A stretch of 22,579 bases of DNA from an uncultured Candidatus Poseidoniales archaeon (GCA_964645485.1 CAZXZO010000008.1:36460-59038); one strand, 5' to 3'. Shown: positions 8,766 to 18,296, counted from the stretch's first letter. The notes: a model not told the origin generated them from the letters alone. Numbers and translations: made by a program.

Positions 8766-9320
8766 GTGATGATGAAGAAATGGTTCATGCGCCAGTATTG
8801 GCGGTTGCAACAATCCCAGACTCTCATTTCTATGGTGTTCTGGTGTACCACTCTCACACTCCTTATTTGGCCTTATGTTAGTTGGAGGTTTAATGCAAAT
8901 GAGGAAACTTTGGGCGTAGCGATGACCTATTGGGGTCTTGGCTCAATCGCATTGGGTGTCCTAATTTCGGTGCTATCTATTGGATACATCTATGACCAAT
9001 TCTTGGCTTTGTGGAAAGAGCAGCGAACTGTTGACACCGAGCGCAATCCATTTGGCACGTATGCCCTCATTCCAGCAAATGTTGTAATTATTGGTATGAT
9101 GAACCGTATTCATAGAGACAATGCAAATGGGGATGAAAAAGTCCTTGCTACTTGTGATTGGGTAGATGAATGGCTGAAGTGGTGTAGTTCACAGGAAATT
9201 TGGGCTCGCTCTCAGAAGTTTTGGGATGATACGTTCCCTAACCATGTTCCAGATTTCTTCTTCTTACCAGACGGGGCAGTGGAAGCGGCTAGATCTGTTG
9301 GAAAGAATCTTGATGATTGA
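8766..9320 (+). CDS. Hypothetical membrane protein (2 predicted TM helices)
   Basis: 184-aa ORF filling the intergenic space with SD GGAGGGGA; hydrophobic segments LISMVFWCTTLTLLIWPYV and WGLGSIALGVLISVLSIGYIY. Confidence 0.75.
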   Translation: MMMKKWFMRQYWRLQQSQTLISMVFWCTTLTLLIWPYVSWRFNANEETLGVAMTYWGLGSIALGVLISVLSIGYIYDQFLALWKEQRTVDTERNPFGTYALIPANVVIIGMMNRIHRDNANGDEKVLATCDWVDEWLKWCSSQEIWARSQKFWDDTFPNHVPDFFFLPDGAVEAARSVGKNLDD

Positions 9321-9324
9321 GAAA

Positions 9325-10266
9325 TCAACCCTCGTCCCAATCCTTCCAATTTGGTGATTTCTTTTGGTCATCACCTAATGAGGTGTCTGTAGATTTAGTG
9401 TCTACTTCGCTGATTGGTTGGTTTGATAATTGGGGTTCTTCAACACTTTTCTTGAGAGTCTTTTCCCCATTTGGTGAAGTGGTATCCGGGCGGTCTGAAA
9501 AAGGCGGCGGAACTGATTCAGAAGCCAAGCCGCTCGGCATTTGAATATCTACTGTGATCTTACCATCTGGCCCTGCTTTCTCTTGTAGTCTAGCAAGTGC
9601 GTAAATTTGTTCAGTTGTAAGAACTGCCCCGCTATTGGTAAGTCCCTCCATCTGCAAGTTCAATTTTCTACCATCTGATGTTTGTAGAGTTACATTTGAT
9701 GAGTTGGTTCCATTTTTCTTTCTCATTAAGAATAAGATAAGAGAGAGGGGAAGTAAACAAACTGAAATTACCAATGAAAAACAAGAAAAGAGAATTGTTG
9801 GTTGGGTGAATGCTTCTTCACTTACCTTATTTTGGTCTACCAAATATATTGTTTGATTAGAATGTGAAATAAATTCTAGAGTTGTTGCTTCGGATGGTTG
9901 TACATAACCCATTGGCAAATATATGATTTTACCTTCATCATATTCCATTTCCCCAACACCTGAAAACAAGGATGGTTCTCGAAGTTCGATTTCCTCTCCA
10001 TCTTCAAGAATAGTCACGGAACCATCTATTTTACTAGATTCAGTGGTGTTTTGAAATAATGAGTATACTCGTAACCCTGATAGATTTACCTCTACTGTTT
10101 CTCCAGGTTCAATTACTGCGTCGTTGAACTTATCTGGAACAAGGCCATCGTTAATCGATGGGAATGTGCTCCAAAGACCAGCTGCACCGAGTAATAAAGT
10201 GATGACACCACCAATTAAAAGACGCTTAGGCCAAGGGGAATTCATCTGGCTCATGTCTCCACCCAT
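9325..10266 (-). CDS. Hypothetical membrane protein (N-terminal TM/signal, extracellular beta-rich domain, second TM, acidic tail); likely start 10254
   Basis: 313-aa ORF; hydrophobic LLIGGVITLLLGAAGLW and ILFSCFSLVISVCLLPLSLILFLM followed by RKK. Confidence 0.75.
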   Translation of the reverse strand: MGGDMSQMNSPWPKRLLIGGVITLLLGAAGLWSTFPSINDGLVPDKFNDAVIEPGETVEVNLSGLRVYSLFQNTTESSKIDGSVTILEDGEEIELREPSLFSGVGEMEYDEGKIIYLPMGYVQPSEATTLEFISHSNQTIYLVDQNKVSEEAFTQPTILFSCFSLVISVCLLPLSLILFLMRKKNGTNSSNVTLQTSDGRKLNLQMEGLTNSGAVLTTEQIYALARLQEKAGPDGKITVDIQMPSGLASESVPPPFSDRPDTTSPNGEKTLKKSVEEPQLSNQPISEVDTKSTDTSLGDDQKKSPNWKDWDEG

Positions 10267-10338
10267 GTATCTTCACAGACGCTTCGCGTTTGAAAGGGAC
10301 ACGGTGCGATTCAATGCAATTACACCTACGTGTTAACG

Positions 10339-10369
10339 CTCTTCCCCACCTCATAGAAGTGGGGAAGAG
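10339..10369 (-). terminator. Strong stem-loop 16 nt after the stop of the giant surface-protein gene
   Basis: Perfect 11-bp inverted repeat CTCTTCCCCAC/GTGGGGAAGAG, extendable to about 14 bp with a G-U pair on the minus transcript. No U-tract follows, so terminator function is uncertain. Confidence 0.45.
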
Positions 10370-10385
10370 GTTGGTATTTGTTTAA

Positions 10386-13300
10386 TCAAAACATTTCGTC
10401 TGTAGATAACAGGCTACTCTGCTCTGCAACCTTTGCAAGAGCTTCCTTACGGCGACCATGCATTACTAATCCAGCCACTGCAAGCAATGACAATGTTAGC
10501 AGAATGATAATTCCTGGAACACCCCAAGCACCAAGCGTTTCTGCTGCTTGGTCAATCCAACCATTGCTTGACTTCAATCCATCTTCTATCTCCCAGATAT
10601 TGTCGCGTTCACTTGATTCAACAATCATGTTATCAGGGTCAATCACTAAGACAATATCGTGACTACCAGCCTTTACTGGATAAAGAAGTACAATCTCAGC
10701 AGGGTCTGTACTGTCTGTAGCGTCTGGAGGCATAAGTGCACCAATGACTTGTCTGTAAGCAACATTCTCCTCATCGCAACCGTTTTTGCGAACATCATCC
10801 TTCGATTGGTCTTGACAGACAATTACATGGATATCAGTTGCGTGAACATTTCCATCGTTGATGATTTTAACTCTAATTGGTATCATATCCCCAACGTCGC
10901 CTGAATCCTTTTCCGATGTAACAGAATCAAAGGCTAGATTTGGTGCTCGCAAGCGAATAGTCACAATCAATTCGTTAGTATCCAATAATTCGCCTTCCCA
11001 TGATTCACTGTCATCTGTATCACCATCTTGCATCATGTTTCCAAAGAATGAACGGACCTTCAGTCCAAGTTGTTGATTTCCTAATGCGGCTTCGGTACTA
11101 ATGTTAACAAGAGCAACGATTGGGATTGTGGAATACGATGCCATCTCTGGTAGTATCCAAGTTCCATCTGCATGGCGGACACACTCATTAGCCGGTGCTT
11201 CCTCACCTACACCAAGTTCTCGGCAAGGGATTTCAAACTGACCATCCATTATCGCCCATGAAACTTGCCACTTATCCAAGTGACCCATACCAGGACGTTC
11301 ATCCCAGGTACCTGAAGATAGGTCGATTGTATGGTTGTGTAAAGTTGCTCTATCTGGAACATTTCCGTTGTTAGTAACATTGAGATTGAATCTCACTGTT
11401 CGTCCGGGTGCTGTAGTCTTAACATCTGATTCAACAAATGGATCTAACAATAATTGCATATCATGGAATTCATTAACAGTGATTGCCAATGTTATCGAGT
11501 CTCGTAATCGTGTTGGCCTTCCTGCTGCATCAGGGTATGATTCTTCGCTGAAAACATCTAGAACAATTTCATAATTACCTGCTGTCACCATTAAAGGCAC
11601 ATTTACAGTTACTGTGATATTCTCAGAATCACCACGTTGTAACTCTGAAAGTATACCTCTTGGCACATCGACATCCCACAGAACCTCTACTCCTGCTGTA
11701 AGGTCTGTGACTCGAGCGACACGGATATCATAGCGGTCAGCTCCATTTCCATTGTTTGTGGTAATGATAGGTACCTCAAGTTCATCTGAAGGGTCAACTG
11801 TATACTCGTATGGTGGTGCTAAATCAACGACTGAAGATTCTAAATCATAAACATGAATTACATTCGTTGACAAAATTACCGAGTCAGAAACTCGGCTTGC
11901 ACCTTCCAAGTGCGCCTTGACAGTCAAGGCAGGACCAAGTCCTGCATTTGCGTTATCTGGCGCACATACAACTGCTGTTACAGTGTATGGATAATCAATA
12001 GTCCCCCAGTGTCTTGCTTCATTCAATCCCATTGAATTACCGCCCGGTGCATTCGCGAAGTCTAAGGTAAGTGTCCAGTGGTCTTCTCTCCAAACATGCT
12101 CTGGTATTTCGGATGGTCTTGCAGCCGGTGCACCTGGTGTTGAGAAAATGATGTACCCTGGTTGGAAATGCTTGATGACATCAATGTCATAACTCGCACA
12201 ATCGCCTGGTAGCACATATTCTGTAGTATCATATATTTCAAAGACAATATTACCTGTTGAACGGATACTGACATTGACATACAATTCCAAAACATCCATT
12301 GAACCCGAAGCCACAGACTTACGGGGTTCTCCCATTGACCAACCCTTTAGGAACAGTGCAAAGGTTCCTGGCTCTTGCGTCGTGGGTACGCTAATCTCTA
12401 GATTCTTAGTAACTGACTGGCCTGGGTCAAGTGAGACCTGTAGGGGGAAACGGATTTGCCAACCAAATGGAAGTAACCACTCTTGTTGTCCTTCAATCGT
12501 GTTTGGATCATAGAAGGCAAAACTGTCAAACACATTTCCTGTGTTTGTTATCGTAATTGAGAAAATCGCCGTTTGGCCTTGCTCGACGTCAGACCGTTCG
12601 TGTGAAGTGTCGAGTTGTATTCCGTGAACCACATCCATCATTGTAAGAGTCAATCTATCCGAACGGATTGCCGGGTCTTTGTGCGATACCGCGGATAGGG
12701 TAACATACGAATTTTCGTCATGGTGCGCTTGATACACCGAAGGCGCTCTAACCCGTAGATATATTCTCTCAGATTCCCCTCCTTTCAGATATATTTCTGT
12801 GTCAGGGAATATGGCGGTGTGATTGCTAGCAAAGAACATCGTCATTGTCCAGTTACCTGCGTTACATTGTTGTGAAATTCCATGTGCTTCAGCAATTTCT
12901 TGAGGAACAATACACATCATGCTGAGATTCAATGAATATGTGTCAGCGACCAAATCGATAGGTCCAGGTGTTGTATTATTGATTGTCATATTGAAGATTG
13001 TCTCCTCACCTGGCTCAATAATGTGCAACCAATCTGCTTCTCCATCTTCTAGGAAGACATCGACTTGACCAGTCAATATATGTGTGTAACAAATTGTGTA
13101 CATATTGTTGTTTGATGTGCCGTCACACTTTGTAGTGTCAGACCACGCCATGTGAGCTCCGCTACCAAGGTCATTTGCAAACGCTGGTGGCTGCCCAAGT
13201 TCAGGTGCACGACCGGTGTTTGGGCCTAACTTATCGGAGGCCCACTTTGTTACTGGAGTTGGTTCCCATTCATCAAGAACGAATGTTGCGAGAGAATTTA

Positions 13301-15482
13301 GAGGAATTCCATCTGGGTATGCATCGTTGGTGTGATTCAAACGCGTGTACATTATCTCTTCGCCAGCAGTAACATTGGAATTCTCTAGCCATGCGATGTG
13401 AATGTTATCTTGTGCATCAGCAAGAATTGCGGGCATGTAAGATGATGGGCCCCAAGGTCGTGCCGGTGGGATGTTGTTCTTTCCTTCAAATTCAGAGATT
13501 GGATAATCGTAAATTTGTTTAATACCATACGATGGTAGTCCACCTGGAACACCGTTCCAATCACTTGAACCACGTAGCCTTAGACGTGTGTACCAAACTT
13601 CGTAATTGTCATCCTTGTCAAACCCATAACCACGAGCATCCATCCAAGCGATGTGAGTGTTTCCACTTGAATCAATAGCAATTGATGGATGTAGACTGAA
13701 TGCGTCATCGATTGTGATTCTTGTATCATTTACTACTACAAGGCTACCCACCCCATTGGAATCAACTGAAGGACCGATTCTCTCAAAGTAGGAGTTACCC
13801 GAAACCGAGTGACCAGCGTCACCATACCCCCATGAGTTAGGTGGGTTATTGATGAGTGAATGAGGGTCGAGTACAGTTAGGTAGATTTCACGAGAATTGT
13901 TTGTTGCAAGATAAATCATTGCCTCTACTAGAAGACTCATTGAATTTTGACCACCAGATGGGAACGCATGTGCTTGACCACCTGCATTGGTATTTCGAAT
14001 GGTTGAACCTGGGCAAATTCTTGGCCCGGTTGATGTTTGACCATTCGGACATTTTGCCATATCAATACTCGCTGAAGCAACCCCTTGGTTGTTCCCTGAA
14101 TACATAGGTACAGGAGTTACACCTGCAAGCACACAAGCATCGTGTGCTTCGTTAATACTCTGTGAATCTTGTTGATCAATTGGGTGGCCTCCATATGGCC
14201 CCTCATCTGAAATCGGCATTACAATCTTAGTTGCATTTGGATTCCACTTGTGGTCACGCTGAGTTGGTGGATTGCCTGGAACATTTCCAGCAGCATCCTT
14301 CCATGACAAACATGCCCATGTTGAACCTGGACCCCAAAATTCAGAGTAATATCCACCGTCAGAAGGAAGGTTAGTTGCTGCGCCACCATAAACAACTTCT
14401 GTTAATTTTCTAATCCCACCTGAATGGTCAGATGGATTCAGACCTAGTGCAGTTGGGCGGACATTACCACCTGAACCACCAGTTGCGTAAGCGGTTGAAC
14501 AAGCGCCAGAACTAGCTGCACTCGGGGTGTTACCACTTAGAAGATACAATGTTTCGTAAACAGATATGTTCGCATCCATCAACATTGGTTTGATGCCTTG
14601 GAAGTAACCACCACTTGACCATTGACCACCATAAAACACAGTACACATGTCTCCCCATTCTTGGTACATTGAACCTGAAGTGTCAATTGGTGCTGCGAAT
14701 TCCACCTTTCCACCACGTGTATCATCCCATACAATCTGTACGAAGTCGTTGGCGTCAACTGCTATGTCAGGGTGTCCCTTGTGGCCGATAATAGGTGTAA
14801 GTAGAGTATCATCAATTGCTGTTATTGCTTCTCTTGTGGAGAGGTCAATATCCAACATTGTGTAATATATCTGTGGTTGTTGGTAAAATTTGTCAAGTTG
14901 TTCGTATGAATCTTGCCAAACGATGTGGACTGAGCCAAGCGAGTCGAGTGCTATGGCTGGCCATCCTCTGTCTTGATTCCTTTGACTGACTATGAAATCG
15001 TCAACCATTGCTAGTGTTGCATCATCACCAGGTGAACCATCTTGTGGATGGAAAGACGGGTCTAGTAGAGTGTACATGATTGAATGTTGACCAGCAGTAT
15101 TGGCCCAAGTAACGTGTACCATCCCAACATCATCTACAGCAATATCTGGGTTCCATGCACGGTGAGCACCGGTGTTGGAAATCTGAGTCGCAGAAATCAC
15201 AGTTTGTGCTCTCGCATCCAACATTGTGTAATACAGATGTTGTGTGTTCCTACTCCATACAATGTGGATATTTCCATCCCCGTCTGAATCAACAGCCGCC
15301 ATTCTATCATTCACTTGGCCACCATCAACCACTTGCACTGCATCTGTGATGACGACTTGGGCTGCTTCTGCATCTCCTATTGTTGGAGAATAGCCTGCCA
15401 AAAGACTGCTAATTACCATCAGCAAAACCATCATCATACTTTTATTTGTGTCATTCATTTTAATCGACTCCTTCAGTATCAC
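10386..15482 (-). CDS. Giant membrane-anchored surface protein: signal peptide, 7-repeat beta-propeller with inserted vWA domain, several Ig-like (NEW3/CARDB-like) domains, C-terminal TM; likely start 15458
   Basis: Signal MNDTNKSMMMVLLMVISSLLAG..AEA. Seven P-x-I-A-x-D-x-x-G-x-x-H-I-x-W-like repeats. vWA DTSGS and ISDE. Repeated (I/V)T(N/I)xGNxxD strands. CARDB-like PNLAFDSV...VIDPDNMIVESSERDN. TM WGVPGIIILLTLSLLAVAGLVM. Confidence 0.85.
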   Translation of the reverse strand: MILKESIKMNDTNKSMMMVLLMVISSLLAGYSPTIGDAEAAQVVITDAVQVVDGGQVNDRMAAVDSDGDGNIHIVWSRNTQHLYYTMLDARAQTVISATQISNTGAHRAWNPDIAVDDVGMVHVTWANTAGQHSIMYTLLDPSFHPQDGSPGDDATLAMVDDFIVSQRNQDRGWPAIALDSLGSVHIVWQDSYEQLDKFYQQPQIYYTMLDIDLSTREAITAIDDTLLTPIIGHKGHPDIAVDANDFVQIVWDDTRGGKVEFAAPIDTSGSMYQEWGDMCTVFYGGQWSSGGYFQGIKPMLMDANISVYETLYLLSGNTPSAASSGACSTAYATGGSGGNVRPTALGLNPSDHSGGIRKLTEVVYGGAATNLPSDGGYYSEFWGPGSTWACLSWKDAAGNVPGNPPTQRDHKWNPNATKIVMPISDEGPYGGHPIDQQDSQSINEAHDACVLAGVTPVPMYSGNNQGVASASIDMAKCPNGQTSTGPRICPGSTIRNTNAGGQAHAFPSGGQNSMSLLVEAMIYLATNNSREIYLTVLDPHSLINNPPNSWGYGDAGHSVSGNSYFERIGPSVDSNGVGSLVVVNDTRITIDDAFSLHPSIAIDSSGNTHIAWMDARGYGFDKDDNYEVWYTRLRLRGSSDWNGVPGGLPSYGIKQIYDYPISEFEGKNNIPPARPWGPSSYMPAILADAQDNIHIAWLENSNVTAGEEIMYTRLNHTNDAYPDGIPLNSLATFVLDEWEPTPVTKWASDKLGPNTGRAPELGQPPAFANDLGSGAHMAWSDTTKCDGTSNNNMYTICYTHILTGQVDVFLEDGEADWLHIIEPGEETIFNMTINNTTPGPIDLVADTYSLNLSMMCIVPQEIAEAHGISQQCNAGNWTMTMFFASNHTAIFPDTEIYLKGGESERIYLRVRAPSVYQAHHDENSYVTLSAVSHKDPAIRSDRLTLTMMDVVHGIQLDTSHERSDVEQGQTAIFSITITNTGNVFDSFAFYDPNTIEGQQEWLLPFGWQIRFPLQVSLDPGQSVTKNLEISVPTTQEPGTFALFLKGWSMGEPRKSVASGSMDVLELYVNVSIRSTGNIVFEIYDTTEYVLPGDCASYDIDVIKHFQPGYIIFSTPGAPAARPSEIPEHVWREDHWTLTLDFANAPGGNSMGLNEARHWGTIDYPYTVTAVVCAPDNANAGLGPALTVKAHLEGASRVSDSVILSTNVIHVYDLESSVVDLAPPYEYTVDPSDELEVPIITTNNGNGADRYDIRVARVTDLTAGVEVLWDVDVPRGILSELQRGDSENITVTVNVPLMVTAGNYEIVLDVFSEESYPDAAGRPTRLRDSITLAITVNEFHDMQLLLDPFVESDVKTTAPGRTVRFNLNVTNNGNVPDRATLHNHTIDLSSGTWDERPGMGHLDKWQVSWAIMDGQFEIPCRELGVGEEAPANECVRHADGTWILPEMASYSTIPIVALVNISTEAALGNQQLGLKVRSFFGNMMQDGDTDDSESWEGELLDTNELIVTIRLRAPNLAFDSVTSEKDSGDVGDMIPIRVKIINDGNVHATDIHVIVCQDQSKDDVRKNGCDEENVAYRQVIGALMPPDATDSTDPAEIVLLYPVKAGSHDIVLVIDPDNMIVESSERDNIWEIEDGLKSSNGWIDQAAETLGAWGVPGIIILLTLSLLAVAGLVMHGRRKEALAKVAEQSSLLSTDEMF

Positions 15483-15513
15483 TACTGCCTTAGTTCAAAT
15501 GTCATTGATTTGG

Positions 15514-15521
15514 TACTTAAC
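15514..15521 (-). promoter_or_regulatory. Candidate TATA box for the giant surface-protein gene
   Basis: GTTAAGTA on the minus strand, 32 nt above the GTG at 15482. Confidence 0.3.
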
Positions 15522-15611
15522 CGCGACGCTTTGCGGTCAAAAATTGAATTCTATTTTCTAGTATTAAATCTACAAGTGAAAGACAAAATTCAACCAACCA
15601 AAATTCAGCAT

Positions 15612-16235
15612 TCATTGCCATTCAGATGGGTCAAATCCAGAGCCAAATGAACCACCTTCATCAGTAGAGACTACGTTGTCTCGTTGTGGTGGTAATCGTT
15701 GCACACCTTGCTGTTGTTGCCAATCATCAACTGGCCCGGGTTTTCCAACACCGGGGCCAAATGAATATTTTATTTCGTGGATTAATGCCAATTTTGTCAA
15801 CCACAGATGACGAAGGGTTTGCATCAATTCATTTTGACTGAGACCATCTGTCCAAATCGGCTTACTTAGATTGAATGCTTGAAGGGGTCCGGGTGGACTT
15901 TCTGTCGAATTACGAACATGAAGAACCCAGTCAACCCCACTTCTTGTCAGATGGAGGCGACTTTCATGCAACCAACCTTCCCAACCAGAATCGTCTTCTC
16001 CGCCCCGATTAGTCATTGCATCCTGTTGACCTGCATCTACCTGAGTCACTGTTGAAACAACTACTAAATTACGCTGTTTTGGTGATGCTATGTTGAACAC
16101 ATGTCCGTGTGGTGTTGGTGGGTAACGAACCATCAAGTGGAAATCAGCCCGTTGGTCTGGCCGCTCTCTAACCTCTAGACCTTCACTAATTAGCCAATCT
16201 CGTATATTGGCCTCGTATTCTTCACTCATGAGCAC
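15612..16235 (-). CDS. DUF2299-like archaeal protein
   Basis: IRDWLISEGLEV..ADFHLMVRYPP..FNIASPK resembles the DUF2299 N-terminus as I recall it; not searched. Confidence 0.6.
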   Translation of the reverse strand: MLMSEEYEANIRDWLISEGLEVRERPDQRADFHLMVRYPPTPHGHVFNIASPKQRNLVVVSTVTQVDAGQQDAMTNRGGEDDSGWEGWLHESRLHLTRSGVDWVLHVRNSTESPPGPLQAFNLSKPIWTDGLSQNELMQTLRHLWLTKLALIHEIKYSFGPGVGKPGPVDDWQQQQGVQRLPPQRDNVVSTDEGGSFGSGFDPSEWQ

Positions 16236-16250
16236 CGTGAGGATGGCGCA

Positions 16251-17819
16251 CTATTTTAGCACACCGAGCATTTCTGATAGTTCATCAAATTCGCCTCGAA
16301 GAGAATTCCAAGTTTCAGTACGGGACAATGAATAGGTCCGAATATTTCTCCTAATGGTGCAAGAAATTCTAAGGAAACACCTGCACAAAAATGTACTCAC
16401 ATCCGTAATAAACCAAAGAACTAGGAATAGAATTGGTACAGTAATATAACTAGGATATTCTAAGAAATATCCCGCCTTCAATATCAACAAAGCTGTACCA
16501 AAATGAATTAGAGGACGAAGAATAACTGTACCGAGCATCATCGCCATCATATGGAAAGTTGTTCTTTTATCTACAGCCTCACTATTGAACTTCGCAATGC
16601 CGTAACCAATAGTGGCCTGAATACCATTACCAAGAATTGTGAATGGTAACGCAATTACAATCAAAGGAGTAAGAACTAATGCCAACACAATATTTTTCAA
16701 ATTTAGTTTTGCAGAGTCGGGGTGATATGCACGGGCATCCAATTCCATCTCATGGAGTGTATTAGCAGCATTACGTGCCTTCTTTGTCAATTTTGAAGTA
16801 GATGCTAAATCCTCTTCGCCACACTTTTCTGGACCTTGCCAGACTTTGTTGGATGAACCCCGCATCTTGTCACGAACGGCTCTTCCATGTACTACTTCTT
16901 CTTGCCATGTGATTAAGCGCTTCCCAGCTAAATCAGCAGTGATATGGCCAAGTAATAACCACGCTCTCCAAGTTTCAAGATCTGGCGCGTCTGGTGTTAA
17001 GCAACCCAACCTATCTCGCATCTCGTTTCGAACATTGATCGTTGTTTCTTTGTCTGGTTCAACCCACTCCCCGGCGAGTAATTTTTTACCATGATTTTTA
17101 TCTGGAAGTTCTGGAAGTTGGATGGGTTCACCAAATTCAACGAATGCATCCGAAAACCACGCATGCGGGTCACGGAAAGTAAGACCTACTGGTAAAATAA
17201 CTGGGACATCATTGCCAATTTCTCTAGCAAGTGCTGCTGCATTCAGGGCTGAGCGAACTGGACCTGTTCGTAAACGATGAATGTGCCAGTCACTATGGGA
17301 ATGACCTTCTGGTAACAATATTGACGCTTGGCCATGGGCAAGTTTTGATGCTACTGTCAACATGCTTGAAGAATTAACTCGTCTCGCTGTTTCATCATCA
17401 ACAAACCCTCTCAATCTCTCGGCTTGGCGAAGTAAGGGTTGGACACCAAGTCTTCTTCCCCACCATCCAATAATTGGGCCTGTTAAAATATCTTGTCGGC
17501 CAGCGAAAACATATGGTTTGTTTATTTTTAGGACAATCAAAAGTGGGTCTATCAAACCAGCAGTATGCCAAGCAACCGTAAGTACACCTGGACCATCCGT
17601 GGGGTCTTCACCGTGATAATGATACCAAGTTTTACTCATCACATGATCGTGGCCATAATCCATCATCTTGCGAATCATTGACCAGAAACTCGGAGATGTA
17701 AGGTTCGCATCAGAAAAATCCGGTTTATGGAATTTCAAAATGCGCTCAAGATTAACGTTGCTTGAACGCTTGGTAAGAGGCGGTAATTCGTCACCACGGT
17801 GGTCAACCTCCTCTTCCAT
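16251..17819 (-). CDS. PlsC-like lysophospholipid/glycerol-phosphate acyltransferase (LPLAT superfamily) with C-terminal TM helices
   Basis: Block I VAWHTAGLIDPLLI, GVQPLLR, block III LLPEGHSH, LRTGPVR, block IV VILPVGLTF; hydrophobic helices in the last ~130 aa. Confidence 0.85.
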   Translation of the reverse strand: MEEEVDHRGDELPPLTKRSSNVNLERILKFHKPDFSDANLTSPSFWSMIRKMMDYGHDHVMSKTWYHYHGEDPTDGPGVLTVAWHTAGLIDPLLIVLKINKPYVFAGRQDILTGPIIGWWGRRLGVQPLLRQAERLRGFVDDETARRVNSSSMLTVASKLAHGQASILLPEGHSHSDWHIHRLRTGPVRSALNAAALAREIGNDVPVILPVGLTFRDPHAWFSDAFVEFGEPIQLPELPDKNHGKKLLAGEWVEPDKETTINVRNEMRDRLGCLTPDAPDLETWRAWLLLGHITADLAGKRLITWQEEVVHGRAVRDKMRGSSNKVWQGPEKCGEEDLASTSKLTKKARNAANTLHEMELDARAYHPDSAKLNLKNIVLALVLTPLIVIALPFTILGNGIQATIGYGIAKFNSEAVDKRTTFHMMAMMLGTVILRPLIHFGTALLILKAGYFLEYPSYITVPILFLVLWFITDVSTFLCRCFLRISCTIRRNIRTYSLSRTETWNSLRGEFDELSEMLGVLK

Positions 17820-17861
17820 AATCCTTCGGATATGGCATCAAACCATCAATTAGTCGGACAA

Positions 17862-18296
17862 CTAATTTGACGATATTGCATCTGCAAGTTTTGCCAAAGC
17901 AGAATAATCTGGCTCGACTGAACCAATTGCAGGAGCGTTTGGAAACATGGCTAATACACTTCTTCCACCATCCCCATGTGTTCTAGGAATTACATGAATG
18001 TGAACATGGGGAATTTCCTGTCCGGCTTCTGGCCCATCGTGAACAACAATTGTGCAATCAGTGGTGCCAAAGTGATTACCCAACAATTCTGATACTGTTG
18101 CTACACCCTCCATCAAAGAATTTTGGCTCTCCCTACTCAAATCTCTAATCCTTTGTTTTTGCTCAACAGGTACTACAAGAGTGTGACCTTCTGCTCGTGG
18201 ATTAATGTCAAGGAATGCAACCCAGGATTCGTGTTTAGCAATAAATGAGGCGGGAATTTCTCCGTCAATTATCTTTGAAAAAAGGCTGGGCTCCAC
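17862..18296 (-). CDS. HIT family (HINT-like) nucleotide hydrolase
   Basis: SLFSKIIDGEIPA, AFLDINPRAEGHTLVVP, histidine triad HVHIHVIPR. GTG start overlaps the upstream TAG. Confidence 0.95.
   Translation of the reverse strand: MEPSLFSKIIDGEIPASFIAKHESWVAFLDINPRAEGHTLVVPVEQKQRIRDLSRESQNSLMEGVATVSELLGNHFGTTDCTIVVHDGPEAGQEIPHVHIHVIPRTHGDGGRSVLAMFPNAPAIGSVEPDYSALAKLADAISSN

Noticed and set aside
15540-15610. AAAATTCA short direct repeats (possible CRISPR or iteron)
   Set aside because: Only two 8-nt copies in AT-rich DNA, with no repeat-spacer periodicity and no cas or rep genes.
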